From the IMG/VR virus record IMGVR_UViG_3300045971_000195, positions 1 through 64,000 of that record: a stretch of 64,000 nt of DNA. One strand, 5' to 3'. The number at the start of each line of letters is the position of its first letter. The first letter of the stretch is position 1. A program made the translations under genes and the position numbers. Source of the stretch: a virus. Taxonomy: Duplodnaviria; Heunggongvirae; Uroviricota; Caudoviricetes. This document shows positions 1 through 10,885 of the stretch, one piece after another. Below the pieces are notes generated by a model. That model worked only from the letters and a program-made list of their open reading frames with translations. It had not been told where the DNA came from and ran no database searches.

Positions 1-54
1 ACTGGCCCGATTTGCTTGTAAGTTTTTGTTGAGAAATATTTCTTTTGTGTCATG

Positions 55-456
55 TTAGTCTTTATATAAGTGTGGTTTTTGCGAAATGCGAAAGTTGATT
101 CGTTCTATAACTATAGCATCATCTTCGGGGGTGGAGTTCCAATCATTATACCAAATTGTATCAAACCCGTCGAATGCTTCAATGCGAGCATAATTAGGAG
201 AGTATCCTCGCCGTACCATTTCAGCAGCGATTGCATTGAATCGCTTTTGCAAAAAAGATAACTTATCGTAGAAGAACGATACGTGACCTTTGTTTAGTGT
301 GAACTTCTTAGGAATACCATTAATGATATCATTAGGCAATCTAGTTCGAAGACTACGTCGTAAGGCAGCAGGCACCATAGTTATTTCGCGGAGTTCCGCA
401 ACTAGGTGCATTCGCCTTAATTGTCTTGGATCTAAATCCGAATTGATTCGAGTCAT
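55..456 (-). CDS. hypothetical protein (133 aa)
   Basis: ORF in track; dense minus-strand packing; no recognisable motif. Confidence 0.4.
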   Translation of the reverse strand: MTRINSDLDPRQLRRMHLVAELREITMVPAALRRSLRTRLPNDIINGIPKKFTLNKGHVSFFYDKLSFLQKRFNAIAAEMVRRGYSPNYARIEAFDGFDTIWYNDWNSTPEDDAIVIERINFRISQKPHLYKD

Positions 457-936
457 CTCTTGCCTTTCGTAAGTTTGATGATACGCAGAATATTTAAAGT
501 GGGGTGAGTGTCAAGACCACATGCTAATTACTATTATAGCAAATCTATTTACTGTTTCCTAGTGGTATCCATCTTTTTTATATCAACATGCACTTCTTTT
601 ATGTCCCCGTGCAGTTCTTTCATTATTTTTAACACCACTGTAAACATGTTGGTCATTTCGATGACTACTTTAATAACCCAACCCCACCAAGTGAGTGCGC
701 TCGCAATAAACACACACCAACTAGCATATAACACCATGTCAGTTCGTGCATTGAATATTGAAAATACTGCCGCTGATCCTACTAAGAAAAACACCGGACT
801 CAGCCTCCCATACCAAAGCCACAGCTTTGTTTGGTGTTTAATCTTCTCTAATTGTTTTAGCACAACTTCTCCTTGGGCTAGCATACACCCTATATAGTAG
901 TTATCGAATTTTAGAGAATAATTAAACTACGTTTTA

Positions 937-1545
937 TTAGCTAGCATTTGGTCGTTTCGCTACTACATGATCAACTAGGCCGTACGCTAGTGACTCTTGT
1001 GCACTCATGAATGTATCACGGTCCATATCGCGCTCGAACTCTGAATAGGTCTTGCCAGCTGTGTTATGCTTAACATATAGTTCGGTCAAGATGGTCTTCA
1101 TCTTCGTGATCTCTTTATATTGGATCTCGATGTCACTTTGCTTGCCGCCTGCCCCACCAGATGGCTGATGAATCATATGACGTGCAAAAGGCAACATATA
1201 CCGCTTTCCGGGTTCACCTGCTTGCGCAAGGAATGACCCCATTGAACAGGCTTGCCCCATGACGTATGTTGCTACATTAGGAGTAATAAACTGCATTGTA
1301 TCATAAATTGCCATACCGGATGTAATAACGCCACCTGGGCTGTTAATATAAAAATTAATGTCTTTTTCGCTATCTTCGCTTTCCAAGTGAAGAAACTGCG
1401 CAACAATGAGATTAGAACTATGATCATCTACTGGTCCATTTAAGAACACAATCCGTTCTTTTAGAAGCCGACTATAGATGTCATAAGCACGTTCGCCTGT
1501 GCTGCTCTTCTCAACTACCATTGGGATTACGCTATTTTGATTCAT
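937..1545 (-). CDS. clpP: ATP-dependent Clp protease proteolytic subunit ClpP
   Basis: 202 aa; ClpP signature regions (…SPGG…; MIHQPSGG; catalytic Ser in GQACSMGS context). Confidence 0.85.
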   Translation of the reverse strand: MNQNSVIPMVVEKSSTGERAYDIYSRLLKERIVFLNGPVDDHSSNLIVAQFLHLESEDSEKDINFYINSPGGVITSGMAIYDTMQFITPNVATYVMGQACSMGSFLAQAGEPGKRYMLPFARHMIHQPSGGAGGKQSDIEIQYKEITKMKTILTELYVKHNTAGKTYSEFERDMDRDTFMSAQESLAYGLVDHVVAKRPNAS

Positions 1546-1804
1546 TATTAATTTCCTTTTCTTGTTTATCTAACTCGTGTTGTTTTACCATTCGGTACAA
1601 TTCTTCCATACGCTCTGCAAAAATATTCGGAGCATGTCTTGCAGCTTCTTGCAGTTCCCATTCAGATGGGTAATGACGTAACGCACTGTATGCACGTTGT
1701 CGAATTATTTGTGGAATACGCGGAGTAATCTTTGGATTTGCAATATCTTCCAATAGCTTTTTAGCCCACATAACTGCACGGTAACGTTCGTCCGGTAATG
1801 TCAT
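1532..1804 (-). CDS. hypothetical protein (90 aa)
   Basis: ORF overlapping clpP start by 14 nt, same strand. Confidence 0.4.
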   Translation of the reverse strand: MTLPDERYRAVMWAKKLLEDIANPKITPRIPQIIRQRAYSALRHYPSEWELQEAARHAPNIFAERMEELYRMVKQHELDKQEKEINNESK

Positions 1805-2023
1805 TTAACCTCCATAGTATTTTATTACTTCAGCAAAGTGTGTTTCCATAGCTATATTATACGCTAAATCTTGGGCTTGTGCAGGATAACTTGTGCCATC
1901 TTTAATCTTTTTCTTAATCTCTTTAATGTCCTGCTTGATATAGACAAGCGAACTTTGCAGACTAAGCAAAGTAATTCGGTCACCTGTTTCCCAATCTAGG
2001 ATTAAGTCTTTTTCTTTAGCCAT
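1805..2023 (-). CDS. hypothetical protein (72 aa)
   Basis: ORF in track. Confidence 0.35.
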   Translation of the reverse strand: MAKEKDLILDWETGDRITLLSLQSSLVYIKQDIKEIKKKIKDGTSYPAQAQDLAYNIAMETHFAEVIKYYGG

Positions 2024-2474
2024 TGTTTTCTTTCGTTAGTTTACATATTAGCATAAAGTGCTCATACGCTTTCTTCACAGCAGGGTTTGCCATTAGCTTA
2101 TCTGCTTCTTCTTGCATTGCAATAACTCCTGCTCGCGCACAATCGGCAGTTGATGCACCTTGTAATGTGCATAGTTCATCACCAAATTCTTTAGCAAGCT
2201 TCTTCCACGCCTTCTGTTGTCCGGGAGTAATCGGAGTCTTCTGCGGGCGTAGCTCACTTGCATTAGTAATGGCTTTTGCAATGGCATCTTCGGCAAATCG
2301 TCCTGCTGCAACCATAGGAGCATACGCAGGGTCTATATCGTACCGTCGGCTTTGCCCACCTGGATAACTCATCACGAGATGACTGCCTTTGCGGAATGCA
2401 TCCAGAAAGTCTGAATCGTATTCAAGTACTGGAACAAACTTACCTTCAATCTTCTCGTAATACACTTTTTTCAT
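2016..2474 (-). CDS. hypothetical protein (152 aa)
   Basis: ORF in track. Confidence 0.45.
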   Translation of the reverse strand: MKKVYYEKIEGKFVPVLEYDSDFLDAFRKGSHLVMSYPGGQSRRYDIDPAYAPMVAAGRFAEDAIAKAITNASELRPQKTPITPGQQKAWKKLAKEFGDELCTLQGASTADCARAGVIAMQEEADKLMANPAVKKAYEHFMLICKLTKENNG

Positions 2475-2752
2475 TTCGATGAATTCTTTAAAATATACAT
2501 TGTAACTTCAGCGCCGTCAACAATGACAAGATCTATCGGATACTTATTAGTATTGGAAGTCAAGCCGCGCCAGCCAGGTTTAGCTCCTAATTCCATTACT
2601 CCAACCATTATGTTATTAATTTTTTTAACAGTTCCGACGATAAGATTATTATGTTGGGGATACACAACGGCATCCCCAACTTTTAATACTCGTCCAAACT
2701 TGTCTTTATGCTCTGGAAGTACCTTTGGCACTCTTACTTTCTTTGTAGCCAT
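2471..2752 (-). CDS. hypothetical protein (93 aa)
   Basis: ORF in track, 4-nt overlap with neighbour. Confidence 0.4.
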   Translation of the reverse strand: MATKKVRVPKVLPEHKDKFGRVLKVGDAVVYPQHNNLIVGTVKKINNIMVGVMELGAKPGWRGLTSNTNKYPIDLVIVDGAEVTMYILKNSSK

Positions 2753-2758
2753 TTAATG

Positions 2759-4000
2759 TTACTTCCACGCTTTCAAAATCATAACCTCTGCGTTGATACG
2801 TCCGTTCATCACAGTATCGGTAGTTTTAATTGCATCGAACCAAGTTTGCATCCTTCGGCTAGTATTCAATTCTTTAAACTCTTTCATTTGAGTTTCTGGC
2901 TTTCTCAAGGTCTTCTGCACACTTTTCTCAGTGAAGTTATCGATACTAGCACCTTTAACTTGCAACCCTTCGCTAGTCTTTGCAATGTAAATGCCCAACT
3001 TGCGAGTCTTTGTGTTAAACACCACAACGCTTTGCGCACCGATAATCTGTGCCGCTGGAACACTTGTAATTGCATACCGGTCGTCCGACATCTTGAACTT
3101 AATCTTCTTAACAAGTTCTTCTGCAGGCTTAACCTTTTTAGCACGAGGCTTCTTCATCACCTTAGCTTCTGCTGCAATCTGCTCACACGCCTCAAAGATG
3201 CTTGTCAAAAAGTCAAACATCTTGCGAATGTTTTTCTTGCTGTAGTTACTATATCCTTCTGCCAATTGTGGATCACATGTCTTGCTAATTAGCTCGGTAT
3301 ATTCAGCAAGAGGTCGTTCAAAGAAACCTTTGATGAATCTGGCATGTGCTGCTTTTGCACCTTTGCCACGTAGCAAGCTTACTACCTTAAATGCTTTTGG
3401 ATCAAATGCATCCGGATCTTCGATGTATGAATCAATTGCAACATCAATTTCTTCAGTCATAAGTGCTGCGGCATCCTTCATCCGTTCTTGGATATTTGGA
3501 ACTGCAACTACCTTGACTGCCTTAGTTGATGCTGCAACTACTTCGATATCATACTTGCCGGCTTCTACAATTTTTGCAATTTGCTCATACAACCATTGTG
3601 CAGTGTCCTTGCCATTATTCAAACCAGTATGTACGCGAGGCATACCTTTGAGCAAAGATGCTGCAATTGCACCAGTGGTTAAATCAGTGCGCCAGTCTTT
3701 AGTCTTTTTGTAAGCATCGATCTGCTTCTTAGTTGAACCGTTTCGACCCATCCAGTCGATAACTTTCGGTTTCAATTCTTTTACACTACTTTCCAAGCGA
3801 TACCATTTCATCGCCTCGTGAAACAATCGTAGAAACATTGCGCTGTCAAGTTCGGCTGAACCGTCCCACTTCGGGCTAAGGTCTCGCTTTGCATTCTCAC
3901 GATGGACTGCTACTTGTTTAGCAGTTACCCGTATCTGACTCTTTGCTGCTGGCTTTGATGCTTTTTTTACTGCTGGTTTTGATACTGTTTTAGTAACCAT
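2759..4000 (-). CDS. hypothetical lysine-rich protein (413 aa)
   Basis: long ORF; consensus sigma70-type promoter immediately upstream at about 4030-4068. Confidence 0.55.
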   Translation of the reverse strand: MVTKTVSKPAVKKASKPAAKSQIRVTAKQVAVHRENAKRDLSPKWDGSAELDSAMFLRLFHEAMKWYRLESSVKELKPKVIDWMGRNGSTKKQIDAYKKTKDWRTDLTTGAIAASLLKGMPRVHTGLNNGKDTAQWLYEQIAKIVEAGKYDIEVVAASTKAVKVVAVPNIQERMKDAAALMTEEIDVAIDSYIEDPDAFDPKAFKVVSLLRGKGAKAAHARFIKGFFERPLAEYTELISKTCDPQLAEGYSNYSKKNIRKMFDFLTSIFEACEQIAAEAKVMKKPRAKKVKPAEELVKKIKFKMSDDRYAITSVPAAQIIGAQSVVVFNTKTRKLGIYIAKTSEGLQVKGASIDNFTEKSVQKTLRKPETQMKEFKELNTSRRMQTWFDAIKTTDTVMNGRINAEVMILKAWK

Positions 4001-4029
4001 TTAGGCTCCTAGTTAAGTTGCTGTATATG

Positions 4030-4068
4030 TATATTATACAGCCATTGATTGGTTTTGTCAACCGTTAT
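4030..4068 (-). promoter_or_regulatory. sigma70-type promoter TTGACA-N17-TATAAT
   Basis: minus-strand reading CGGTTGACAAAACCAATCAATGGCTGTATAATAT, upstream of 2759..4000. Confidence 0.6.
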
Positions 4069-4579
4069 CTTCTACGACTATCCAACCCAAATTCTTTAAA
4101 TCTGCTCGTATCTCGTCAGTTACGGTACCTTCTTGCACATAGTCAGTTGACTCGCCTTTCCACCCGCCCATTCCGGAACAGTACCAATCAATGTAATCAC
4201 CCTCTTCGAGAATATCTGCAATGATTCCACCTGCATGCCTCCAAGAGCAACTCCATTTTTCATCTTTGAGAATAGGCATTACTTTGAGTTGCATGAAATC
4301 ATTGTTGCAAAGTGCAGCATATAAGTTTTGGGAATATGCCAGGTTTGCTTTGCATTTTGCAACTAGCCAATCTGTGGAACGTAGATCATATTCTAAATTA
4401 TCTTTTTGCCATTCCACAGTATCTTCTTTTGCAATATCATCGTGCCTAACTTGTTCCCACCATGCCAGATATGCGTTTAAGCTGGCAATCTTTTCTGGAT
4501 CGGTTTCGGTCTCAAGTGTCTTTGCTGAATTGTTTGCTTGAAAAGTATGTCGTTCTGGACTTTTGTTTAATTTAGTCAT
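4058..4579 (-). CDS. hypothetical protein (173 aa)
   Basis: ORF in track. Confidence 0.45.
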   Translation of the reverse strand: MTKLNKSPERHTFQANNSAKTLETETDPEKIASLNAYLAWWEQVRHDDIAKEDTVEWQKDNLEYDLRSTDWLVAKCKANLAYSQNLYAALCNNDFMQLKVMPILKDEKWSCSWRHAGGIIADILEEGDYIDWYCSGMGGWKGESTDYVQEGTVTDEIRADLKNLGWIVVEDNG

Positions 4580-4952
4580 TCACAAATAATTCTTTATCAA
4601 ATTGAATTTTACCGAACGGTTCTGGGGCCATAATCTTCCACTCAGTTTGGGCAGCAATACCCCCAATATCTTTTAATAAGAAGATGTGTGTTGGGAAGAG
4701 ATCTTTGATTTTATCAATAATCTCTTCCTTAGTTCTACCTTGCCCTAAGAAGGAATCAGTATCTTCATCGTACCAATACTCAATCTCACCGTGCTGCTCG
4801 ATTTTAACCTGATGAACCATGCTATTAACACTTTTCATTAATTCATTTAACTGTTCTTTTCTTAGCGCATTGTATCCATTCACCATGCCTATACAAAAAT
4901 TTACAATAAAATATACAATAAAAAAGCTAATAACAAAATCAATTAAGTCCAC
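4572..4952 (-). CDS. hypothetical membrane-anchored protein (126 aa)
   Basis: N-terminal hydrophobic helix (ISFFIVYFIVNFCIGMV). Confidence 0.4.
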   Translation of the reverse strand: MDLIDFVISFFIVYFIVNFCIGMVNGYNALRKEQLNELMKSVNSMVHQVKIEQHGEIEYWYDEDTDSFLGQGRTKEEIIDKIKDLFPTHIFLLKDIGGIAAQTEWKIMAPEPFGKIQFDKELFVND

Positions 4953-5770
4953 AATCCACCCCTAACTTTAATTAAACGAATCATCATTTCTTCATCTTCT
5001 TTCTCATATGCTGCTTCGATTTTGTGAAGTGCCTTCATTGCCTTATTGCCTTGCTTTCGTTGTGCAGGAGTCTTATCATTTGCCAACCAGCCGTCATCTT
5101 CCCCTCGACGAGCATCACAATAGGTTGACCAGCCACTTGCATCGTGCGGATCAATTCGTGCAGGGCGAGTTACAGTCCACCAATTGTATAAATCAAGTAT
5201 CTCTTGTGCATTAATTGCTTGGGGAGTCGGCAAGCCGAACTTATTATCAGTTGGATCCAACCATTGTTCGTCAAACTTGAGAGTACGTTGCCAATCAAGA
5301 TTATCTAACCCAGATTGTTTGCAACGCCAAGAGCGCCATCGGAACCAGCCGGTGGCGTAGAATGGTGCTTTGTATTTCTTTCGGCCTTCATCAGTCCATG
5401 CAATGTTCCACCATGCTAGCTCTACTTCAACAAAGTCAACTAGTTCGTTAAACAAACAAGGGAGGAATCGGTTCCCTACATCTTGCCATTGCCCTGGCTT
5501 AATATCACGAGGGTGTGCAGTAAGTGCATGAGTCTTAGTTACCCAGCGATTGTTAATGTAATACTTAACAGAATAAAGCTTATCTGGAATATAAAACACT
5601 ACCTTTTGAAGATAGTCAAGACCTTCGTCCGCCAACCAATATCTTACCGGATGTGCAGCCTCTGCTAATTTATTCCACTTGCTCCATCCTTCCCAAGTTT
5701 CCGCAACTGGCTTTTTAGTTCCGCGAAGCCAATCTGCAAACTTGCTGCATGTCCAGTAATGTGATCTCAT
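4943..5770 (-). CDS. hypothetical protein (275 aa, Trp-rich)
   Basis: ORF in track. Confidence 0.5.
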   Translation of the reverse strand: MRSHYWTCSKFADWLRGTKKPVAETWEGWSKWNKLAEAAHPVRYWLADEGLDYLQKVVFYIPDKLYSVKYYINNRWVTKTHALTAHPRDIKPGQWQDVGNRFLPCLFNELVDFVEVELAWWNIAWTDEGRKKYKAPFYATGWFRWRSWRCKQSGLDNLDWQRTLKFDEQWLDPTDNKFGLPTPQAINAQEILDLYNWWTVTRPARIDPHDASGWSTYCDARRGEDDGWLANDKTPAQRKQGNKAMKALHKIEAAYEKEDEEMMIRLIKVRGGLWT

Positions 5771-6105
5771 TTCTTTCTCGCTTTTCTAAATTCTTCTACA
5801 TCAATAACTGCACTATTTAATACTGCCGCGTAGTTTAACGCTTGCTGTCGAGTCATCATAATAGCAGCATCATACTCAACGTAACCTCTTGTAAGTAATG
5901 TCCAAATTAGCCTCCATCGACTAACATCCCAAAACTTCGTTTTTTGCATAGTGTAGGTAGTTACACTAACTCCGGTGTCTTCTGCCTCCACCCAAATTTG
6001 ATGATCAGAATCTCCACACCCGCATTCGCAAGCTATCTTATATGTCTTTGCGTTACCGTAATCTCGTTGCAGCAAGATGCCTTCTGCAGGTAGTTGCGTG
6101 TTCAT
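5767..6105 (-). CDS. hypothetical protein (112 aa)
   Basis: ORF in track. Confidence 0.4.
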   Translation of the reverse strand: MNTQLPAEGILLQRDYGNAKTYKIACECGCGDSDHQIWVEAEDTGVSVTTYTMQKTKFWDVSRWRLIWTLLTRGYVEYDAAIMMTRQQALNYAAVLNSAVIDVEEFRKARKK

Positions 6106-6329
6106 TGTAGGTTTCGCTTTACATCGCCGCTTTCTTCCAAGAAGCCGAGCAACACCTTTTCTGCCATTTCGGGATCTTCTTCCCGGAGTTCATCAATATC
6201 AATCAGTTCTGCATTTTCTTCAAGTTCACCGCTTTCGAACATAGCAGTGATTTCTGCTATCAATTCTTCGAGTTCTTCTTGTGTGCCTTCAAACGAATCA
6301 AAGCAACCTGGAGCAAATTCTAGTTTCAT
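6102..6329 (-). CDS. hypothetical acidic protein (75 aa)
   Basis: very acidic (E/D-rich) small ORF. Confidence 0.35.
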   Translation of the reverse strand: MKLEFAPGCFDSFEGTQEELEELIAEITAMFESGELEENAELIDIDELREEDPEMAEKVLLGFLEESGDVKRNLQ

Positions 6330-7002
6330 TTCTTTTCCTTAAATTTCGGTATCGTAATTTTGATAAGCAACATCTAATTCTGCTGCATGTTTAGTTGCAC
6401 CGTATCCTGCATCACCTCTTTGGTTGTTGTATTCATCTTTATACGTCGCAACCCAAAGTTTAATATCGTCATCCCACCAGACATCTATGTCATATTTTGG
6501 TGCATGAACCTCTTGTTTCTTTTTAAAGAAATTAATCAGAGTCGTCATCATTGAGCTGATCCATTGCAGTGTTTAGCATACTAACTAACTGCTGACAACC
6601 TACCTTATTCATAGTTAAGGTAGAGTGTCCTACAGCAAATGTTATACGATTATCACTAGTCGGCCCAATTGAATAAACTGTAGTAGGCACTGACTTTGGC
6701 AGCGGTATTTCTGGTATAGGTGGCGTCACCATTTCCGGAAACTTATAAACGTTATCTTTACCTTTAAACCAATCAAACATTGTCTTTTCCTAAAGTTGCG
6801 GGAGAGTGATCTAACAGCATAGTTTCGCCATCTTCGTAGAAGCAGGCATCGGCATCGTCAATTGTGACAAATAAATCCGAATGACACAAGTCATAGTCTT
6901 TAAATTCGCCGTCTTCTAGGTATACGCGAAATGTCCATTTGCCTTCGGCATGATACGGATTTAGCAGGCAACCTCTTACCCCGTTTGCTGTAGTGATAAT
7001 CA

Positions 7003-7548
7003 TCAAAAACTCCCGTGTCTAATTAAGTATAACATATGATGGTAGATTTTAAAAGTATTTTCTGCATCATCTTGAGCATCATGCTTACGACCTTGAAACC
7101 TTAATCCTAATGCTTTCATAGCGGTACTAAGCCCACCACTGTGAACGCCATTATTCTTTGCAATACTTCGGCTAACTACTAAAGTCTTTGCATCAATATG
7201 CCGACGCCCGAACACCCAATCTAGCTTTGCATCGTCACCAAGTTGCTCCTTAACACAATCTGCGTCATCGCCGCCCCACGTAACCGGATTCATAAACTCC
7301 GAATGCCGCCTATGAAACTCTTTTAGTAGAATATATGCGTCATCTAACAGCATGCCTTCCTTGTCTACTTGTGCTTGCGTAATGCCGCAAAGATCTGTAA
7401 TATAAGGTGCAATAGGTTCGCCCGGGTTAACATAAACACGAAGACGTCCGACGATGTCTCCTGTATTAGTATCGCCTGCTACTGCACCAATTTGTACAAT
7501 CTTACCCGAAGGTTGATTAAGTTCTAAGTCTAGTGCTGTAAGTATCAT
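7003..7548 (-). CDS. DEDDh-type 3'-5' exonuclease (DnaQ/RNase T-like)
   Basis: Exo I 'ALDLELN' at N-terminus; Exo III 'HDAQDDAENTFKIY' (H-x4-D) near C-terminus. Confidence 0.7.
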   Translation of the reverse strand: MILTALDLELNQPSGKIVQIGAVAGDTNTGDIVGRLRVYVNPGEPIAPYITDLCGITQAQVDKEGMLLDDAYILLKEFHRRHSEFMNPVTWGGDDADCVKEQLGDDAKLDWVFGRRHIDAKTLVVSRSIAKNNGVHSGGLSTAMKALGLRFQGRKHDAQDDAENTFKIYHHMLYLIRHGSF

Positions 7549-7561
7549 ACAACAAGTATAA

Positions 7562-7600
7562 CACGATACTTACAAAATGTCAAATAGTTGTTTTACCAAA
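7562..7600 (-). promoter_or_regulatory. sigma70-type promoter TTGACA-N17-TATACT
   Basis: minus-strand reading TTTGACATTTTGTAAGTATCGTGTTATACT. Confidence 0.5.
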
Positions 7601-7993
7601 CCGTAAGTAGTATTCAGTAAGTTTCGGCGTTGCTAATGTTGCACGAATAACATATTGATATCCATATCCAATGAGATCTACTGCCCTATGCCATTCCGGC
7701 GGCTTCATTGCGTTTTCCATTACCCACATTCCTTTCTCACTTACTTGCCAATCCCATAACGGTTGGGCGGCATAAAGGTCGGGATCTTCGGCATCTCCAA
7801 CTTTAAATGAATGTACAGTTATTTCTTTTGTTTCGACAACTTTGTTATCTATCATCATAAATTTCTGTAATCGAGCGGGTGGTTGATTGGATCGAATTAT
7901 CCAATTAGTTTCTTCCACCCATTTATCGACTGATGTCGTTGATGGCATCGGAATTCCGTTATAGTCTTTTATTGATCTTATTTGCTGAGCCAT
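7580..7993 (-). CDS. hypothetical protein (137 aa)
   Basis: ORF; sigma70-like promoter upstream at about 7562-7600. Confidence 0.4.
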   Translation of the reverse strand: MAQQIRSIKDYNGIPMPSTTSVDKWVEETNWIIRSNQPPARLQKFMMIDNKVVETKEITVHSFKVGDAEDPDLYAAQPLWDWQVSEKGMWVMENAMKPPEWHRAVDLIGYGYQYVIRATLATPKLTEYYLRFGKTTI

Positions 7994-8172
7994 TTCAATG
8001 CAAACATTATTGCATGTTTTTCATTTGGGAATCTAAAAGTGTATATAGGGGAATCGCTTAACGCATCTTTGTAAGCGAAATCCCAATTAATTTCACCGCA
8101 ATAATCATTGCACCAGTTTATAGCACCACTAACTTGATTAACATCTTGCCCCGCTAACTCAATGTTAGTCAT
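7978..8172 (-). CDS. small protein, member of F-x-L-(R/K)-W paralog family
   Basis: 64 aa; C-terminal 'KHAIMFALKWLSK' resembles the 57.9-61.7 kb array members. Confidence 0.4.
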   Translation of the reverse strand: MTNIELAGQDVNQVSGAINWCNDYCGEINWDFAYKDALSDSPIYTFRFPNEKHAIMFALKWLSK

Positions 8173-8609
8173 GTTGGCTTTACGGACTTCTTCTTAAAAT
8201 AAGTTCGCTTCTTCGAAGGACGCTTTTCGGATAACGGAGTATGTTTAGTTGCATCATGCGACCGATCCATTGCAGCATTAATTTCATCAACTGACGGCTC
8301 AGGATGTTCAAAGTCCATTGCACCTTGCGGTAACGGCATTCCTAACTGCTTAGTAAACCTATTGCTTGCTTGTTGATTTTGTTTTCGAAACAAATTAATG
8401 GGGCCTCGAGCATCTGCACTAATTGTATCGAAACTGCGAACTTCGTAAACTGGATCGATGTGTGTCGGAACTTCGATGATGTAGAGGTCTTCTGCACCGT
8501 AGTTTTCGCCTAGATGTTGAAGATCGATAATCTCAACTACCCTCCCCTCTACTAGGTTCTTTTCACCAAGGTGTATCCACACCTTGTCTTTTATTGTATA
8601 TTGTGTCAT
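8169..8609 (-). CDS. hypothetical protein (146 aa)
   Basis: ORF in track. Confidence 0.4.
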   Translation of the reverse strand: MTQYTIKDKVWIHLGEKNLVEGRVVEIIDLQHLGENYGAEDLYIIEVPTHIDPVYEVRSFDTISADARGPINLFRKQNQQASNRFTKQLGMPLPQGAMDFEHPEPSVDEINAAMDRSHDATKHTPLSEKRPSKKRTYFKKKSVKPT

Positions 8610-8813
8610 ATTAGTTAGCTATCATGAATCGTCATCAACTGATGCTAGTGGTCCTTTACCTTCGAGTAGCTCTTTAACAAATCGAAGAGCTTTACGATTA
8701 GTATCAAACACATATTCGCAATCTTCATCTGAGGTGCGTAGTCCTACTACTACACCGTTTTTTACTTTGCGAACTTCTATTGATTCAAAATCCATGATAT
8801 ACCTTAGTTAATC

Positions 8814-9530
8814 TTACTGTGGAACAGACAGATTGTAGTTGAAGTGGAAGATTCCGATATGTGATATTTCTTTACTCAAGTCGTGATCACACCAGCAGTC
8901 AAATCCTGCGGCCTTTGCTTTTGAGCAGAAGTAAATGTCCTCACCAATTTCAAGATTAAGCTCTGGAACGAACTCTTGCAAGTAATGTGGTTGTGGAACT
9001 TTTTCGTATACTGAGCGATGAACCATCATCATACCGTGAGGTAGAACATCTACCTTTTCCATCGGTGGGCTGTTATCGTCAGTAACTAATTCTGTAAATT
9101 TTCCGGGATTTCCCATCATACCGGTGAATCCCGGATTTGGGAATCGGCGGCGGCGATAGTTCGCACCGACAAGTGGTACCCCGCGTTGCAGCATCTTAAT
9201 AGGTGCATCAATTGGGAATTTCATATCACTATCTACCCACCATGCATAATCAAAATCTGACTTCATAAAGATGTCAGTAAGATTGCGCCGGGCAATTGTG
9301 ATAACACTTCCGATGTTAAATGCACAGTTAATCTTAACCCCGTTTGCGACTAAGTTTGCGCATGCCATTGCTAGGTGTTGTGCAAATTCCGCATTCACCA
9401 TTTCCATCGCTGGAACAAGAATCATTACACTAGGAGTTTTTCCTTGTGGTGCTTGAGCCGGCGCCTTCGGAGCCGCTGCGTTAACAGGATTCTGCCGTAC
9501 GGGAATTTGTAGTTTACCTTTGTTTTTCAT
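8814..9530 (-). CDS. putative glycosyltransferase (GT-A-like)
   Basis: 238 aa; 'WWVDSDMKF' DxD-like motif after Rossmann-like N-terminus. Confidence 0.4.
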   Translation of the reverse strand: MKNKGKLQIPVRQNPVNAAAPKAPAQAPQGKTPSVMILVPAMEMVNAEFAQHLAMACANLVANGVKINCAFNIGSVITIARRNLTDIFMKSDFDYAWWVDSDMKFPIDAPIKMLQRGVPLVGANYRRRRFPNPGFTGMMGNPGKFTELVTDDNSPPMEKVDVLPHGMMMVHRSVYEKVPQPHYLQEFVPELNLEIGEDIYFCSKAKAAGFDCWCDHDLSKEISHIGIFHFNYNLSVPQ

Positions 9531-9919
9531 TATTTTCCTTTTGGAGTTGAATAAGTTTTTGTTGACTGCTTGACAACAATTGTATACCTATATAATCTAA
9601 TTTATCGTTTAAGACAGCATCTAATGCAAAGTTTGAATCTATTGCTACGCTGGTTTCAGTATTTGCTTCAGACATTACATTGTTTGGAGATATTTTATAA
9701 CTGCCTTTGCCTCTCGACAATCATCTTTACTCACTAACAAATCAAAAACATCGTGAGTTGCTAAATGCATGTTAGTTTGTTCTTCTTTTTTCAAAGAAGA
9801 CATATCAAGCGGTGATTTTGTGCCATCGGCATTATTCCGCTCGAGTTTAAGTGTAAAATTTCTACATATAATTTTGTGCATACGATTAGTATATAATACA
9901 TGTGTTAACAAGTCAACCG

Positions 9920-10885
9920 TTATTTGCAAGTCCTAACCATTGCCGCAGTAATACCTGCTAGCTCATTTGCAAATTTGTAATTAACTGGCTGACGGATAGT
10001 ATCTACCTTTATACTGTTGAAGAACTGTGTGCTATGATCATCGTAGTTGTATCTAACCAACTGATTGATCGGCGGCGATGAAGATACTTGTAAATCAAGT
10101 TTATAGCACCTAGTAGCACTATCTCCAGTTGTACTGTGAAAGGTTAGTTCAACTCCTACTGAAGAGGTAAACCCCGAATCAACAATACGTTGTTGAGTAT
10201 CATCGGCAAGTTTATAACCGGTGAGTTTTCCCATATCAAATGTTCCGTTTGAAAACTTAACAATGCTGCTACAAGCATAACATTTTTCAGACGACAGGTA
10301 TGCTACAGTTTGCTCTAACGAAGTTAAATATCCCTTTGACCAAGTAATAGTTATTGGGATATCAAGGTATGTTTCTCTACCGTTATCAATCATCGGAGAT
10401 AATGTTCCGATTTTTACTGTTAGTGCATTGCCCGGATACTCGTTTACTAGATTATTAAGTAATGCATCTCCTGCCTTTCGAGCAGCAATCAGCGATGTGA
10501 CTTGACCGTATATTTGTTGGCTCTGCGAAGCAACCTCTGCTTTTGAGATTCCGCGTCCCAATAATCGATTTGTAATTTTATCGCTAGACACAATCGCCGT
10601 AATTTCCACATGGCCTGGAGTTTCCTTTATAATGGTGTAGCTTTGAATGTATCCGCTACTGTAGTCTAGAATCTCATCCTTAACTAATTTATCGCCACTT
10701 GCTTCCATTTGCGATGCAATCACTACACCGCTTGCTTTTCGGACTGCATCTTTAAATGCAGCTTCGGTGGTTGCTCCTGATCCTTTTACAAAAATTCCGG
10801 GGCTATTTGTAGTATAGTTCGCAGACGGACCACTTGCGCAGCCCGACAGGCATAAACACAAGCCTAACATAGTGCGAGTGAACAT
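9920..10885 (-). CDS. putative lipoprotein (321 aa)
   Basis: signal peptide plus lipobox 'LCLSGC'. Confidence 0.5.
   Translation of the reverse strand: MFTRTMLGLCLCLSGCASGPSANYTTNSPGIFVKGSGATTEAAFKDAVRKASGVVIASQMEASGDKLVKDEILDYSSGYIQSYTIIKETPGHVEITAIVSSDKITNRLLGRGISKAEVASQSQQIYGQVTSLIAARKAGDALLNNLVNEYPGNALTVKIGTLSPMIDNGRETYLDIPITITWSKGYLTSLEQTVAYLSSEKCYACSSIVKFSNGTFDMGKLTGYKLADDTQQRIVDSGFTSSVGVELTFHSTTGDSATRCYKLDLQVSSSPPINQLVRYNYDDHSTQFFNSIKVDTIRQPVNYKFANELAGITAAMVRTCK

Noticed and set aside
9566-9600. Plus-strand TTGACA-N15-TATAAT promoter-like sequence
   Set aside because: It sits within and antisense to minus-strand genes, has a suboptimal 15-bp spacer, and has no plus-strand gene downstream. 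Not called.
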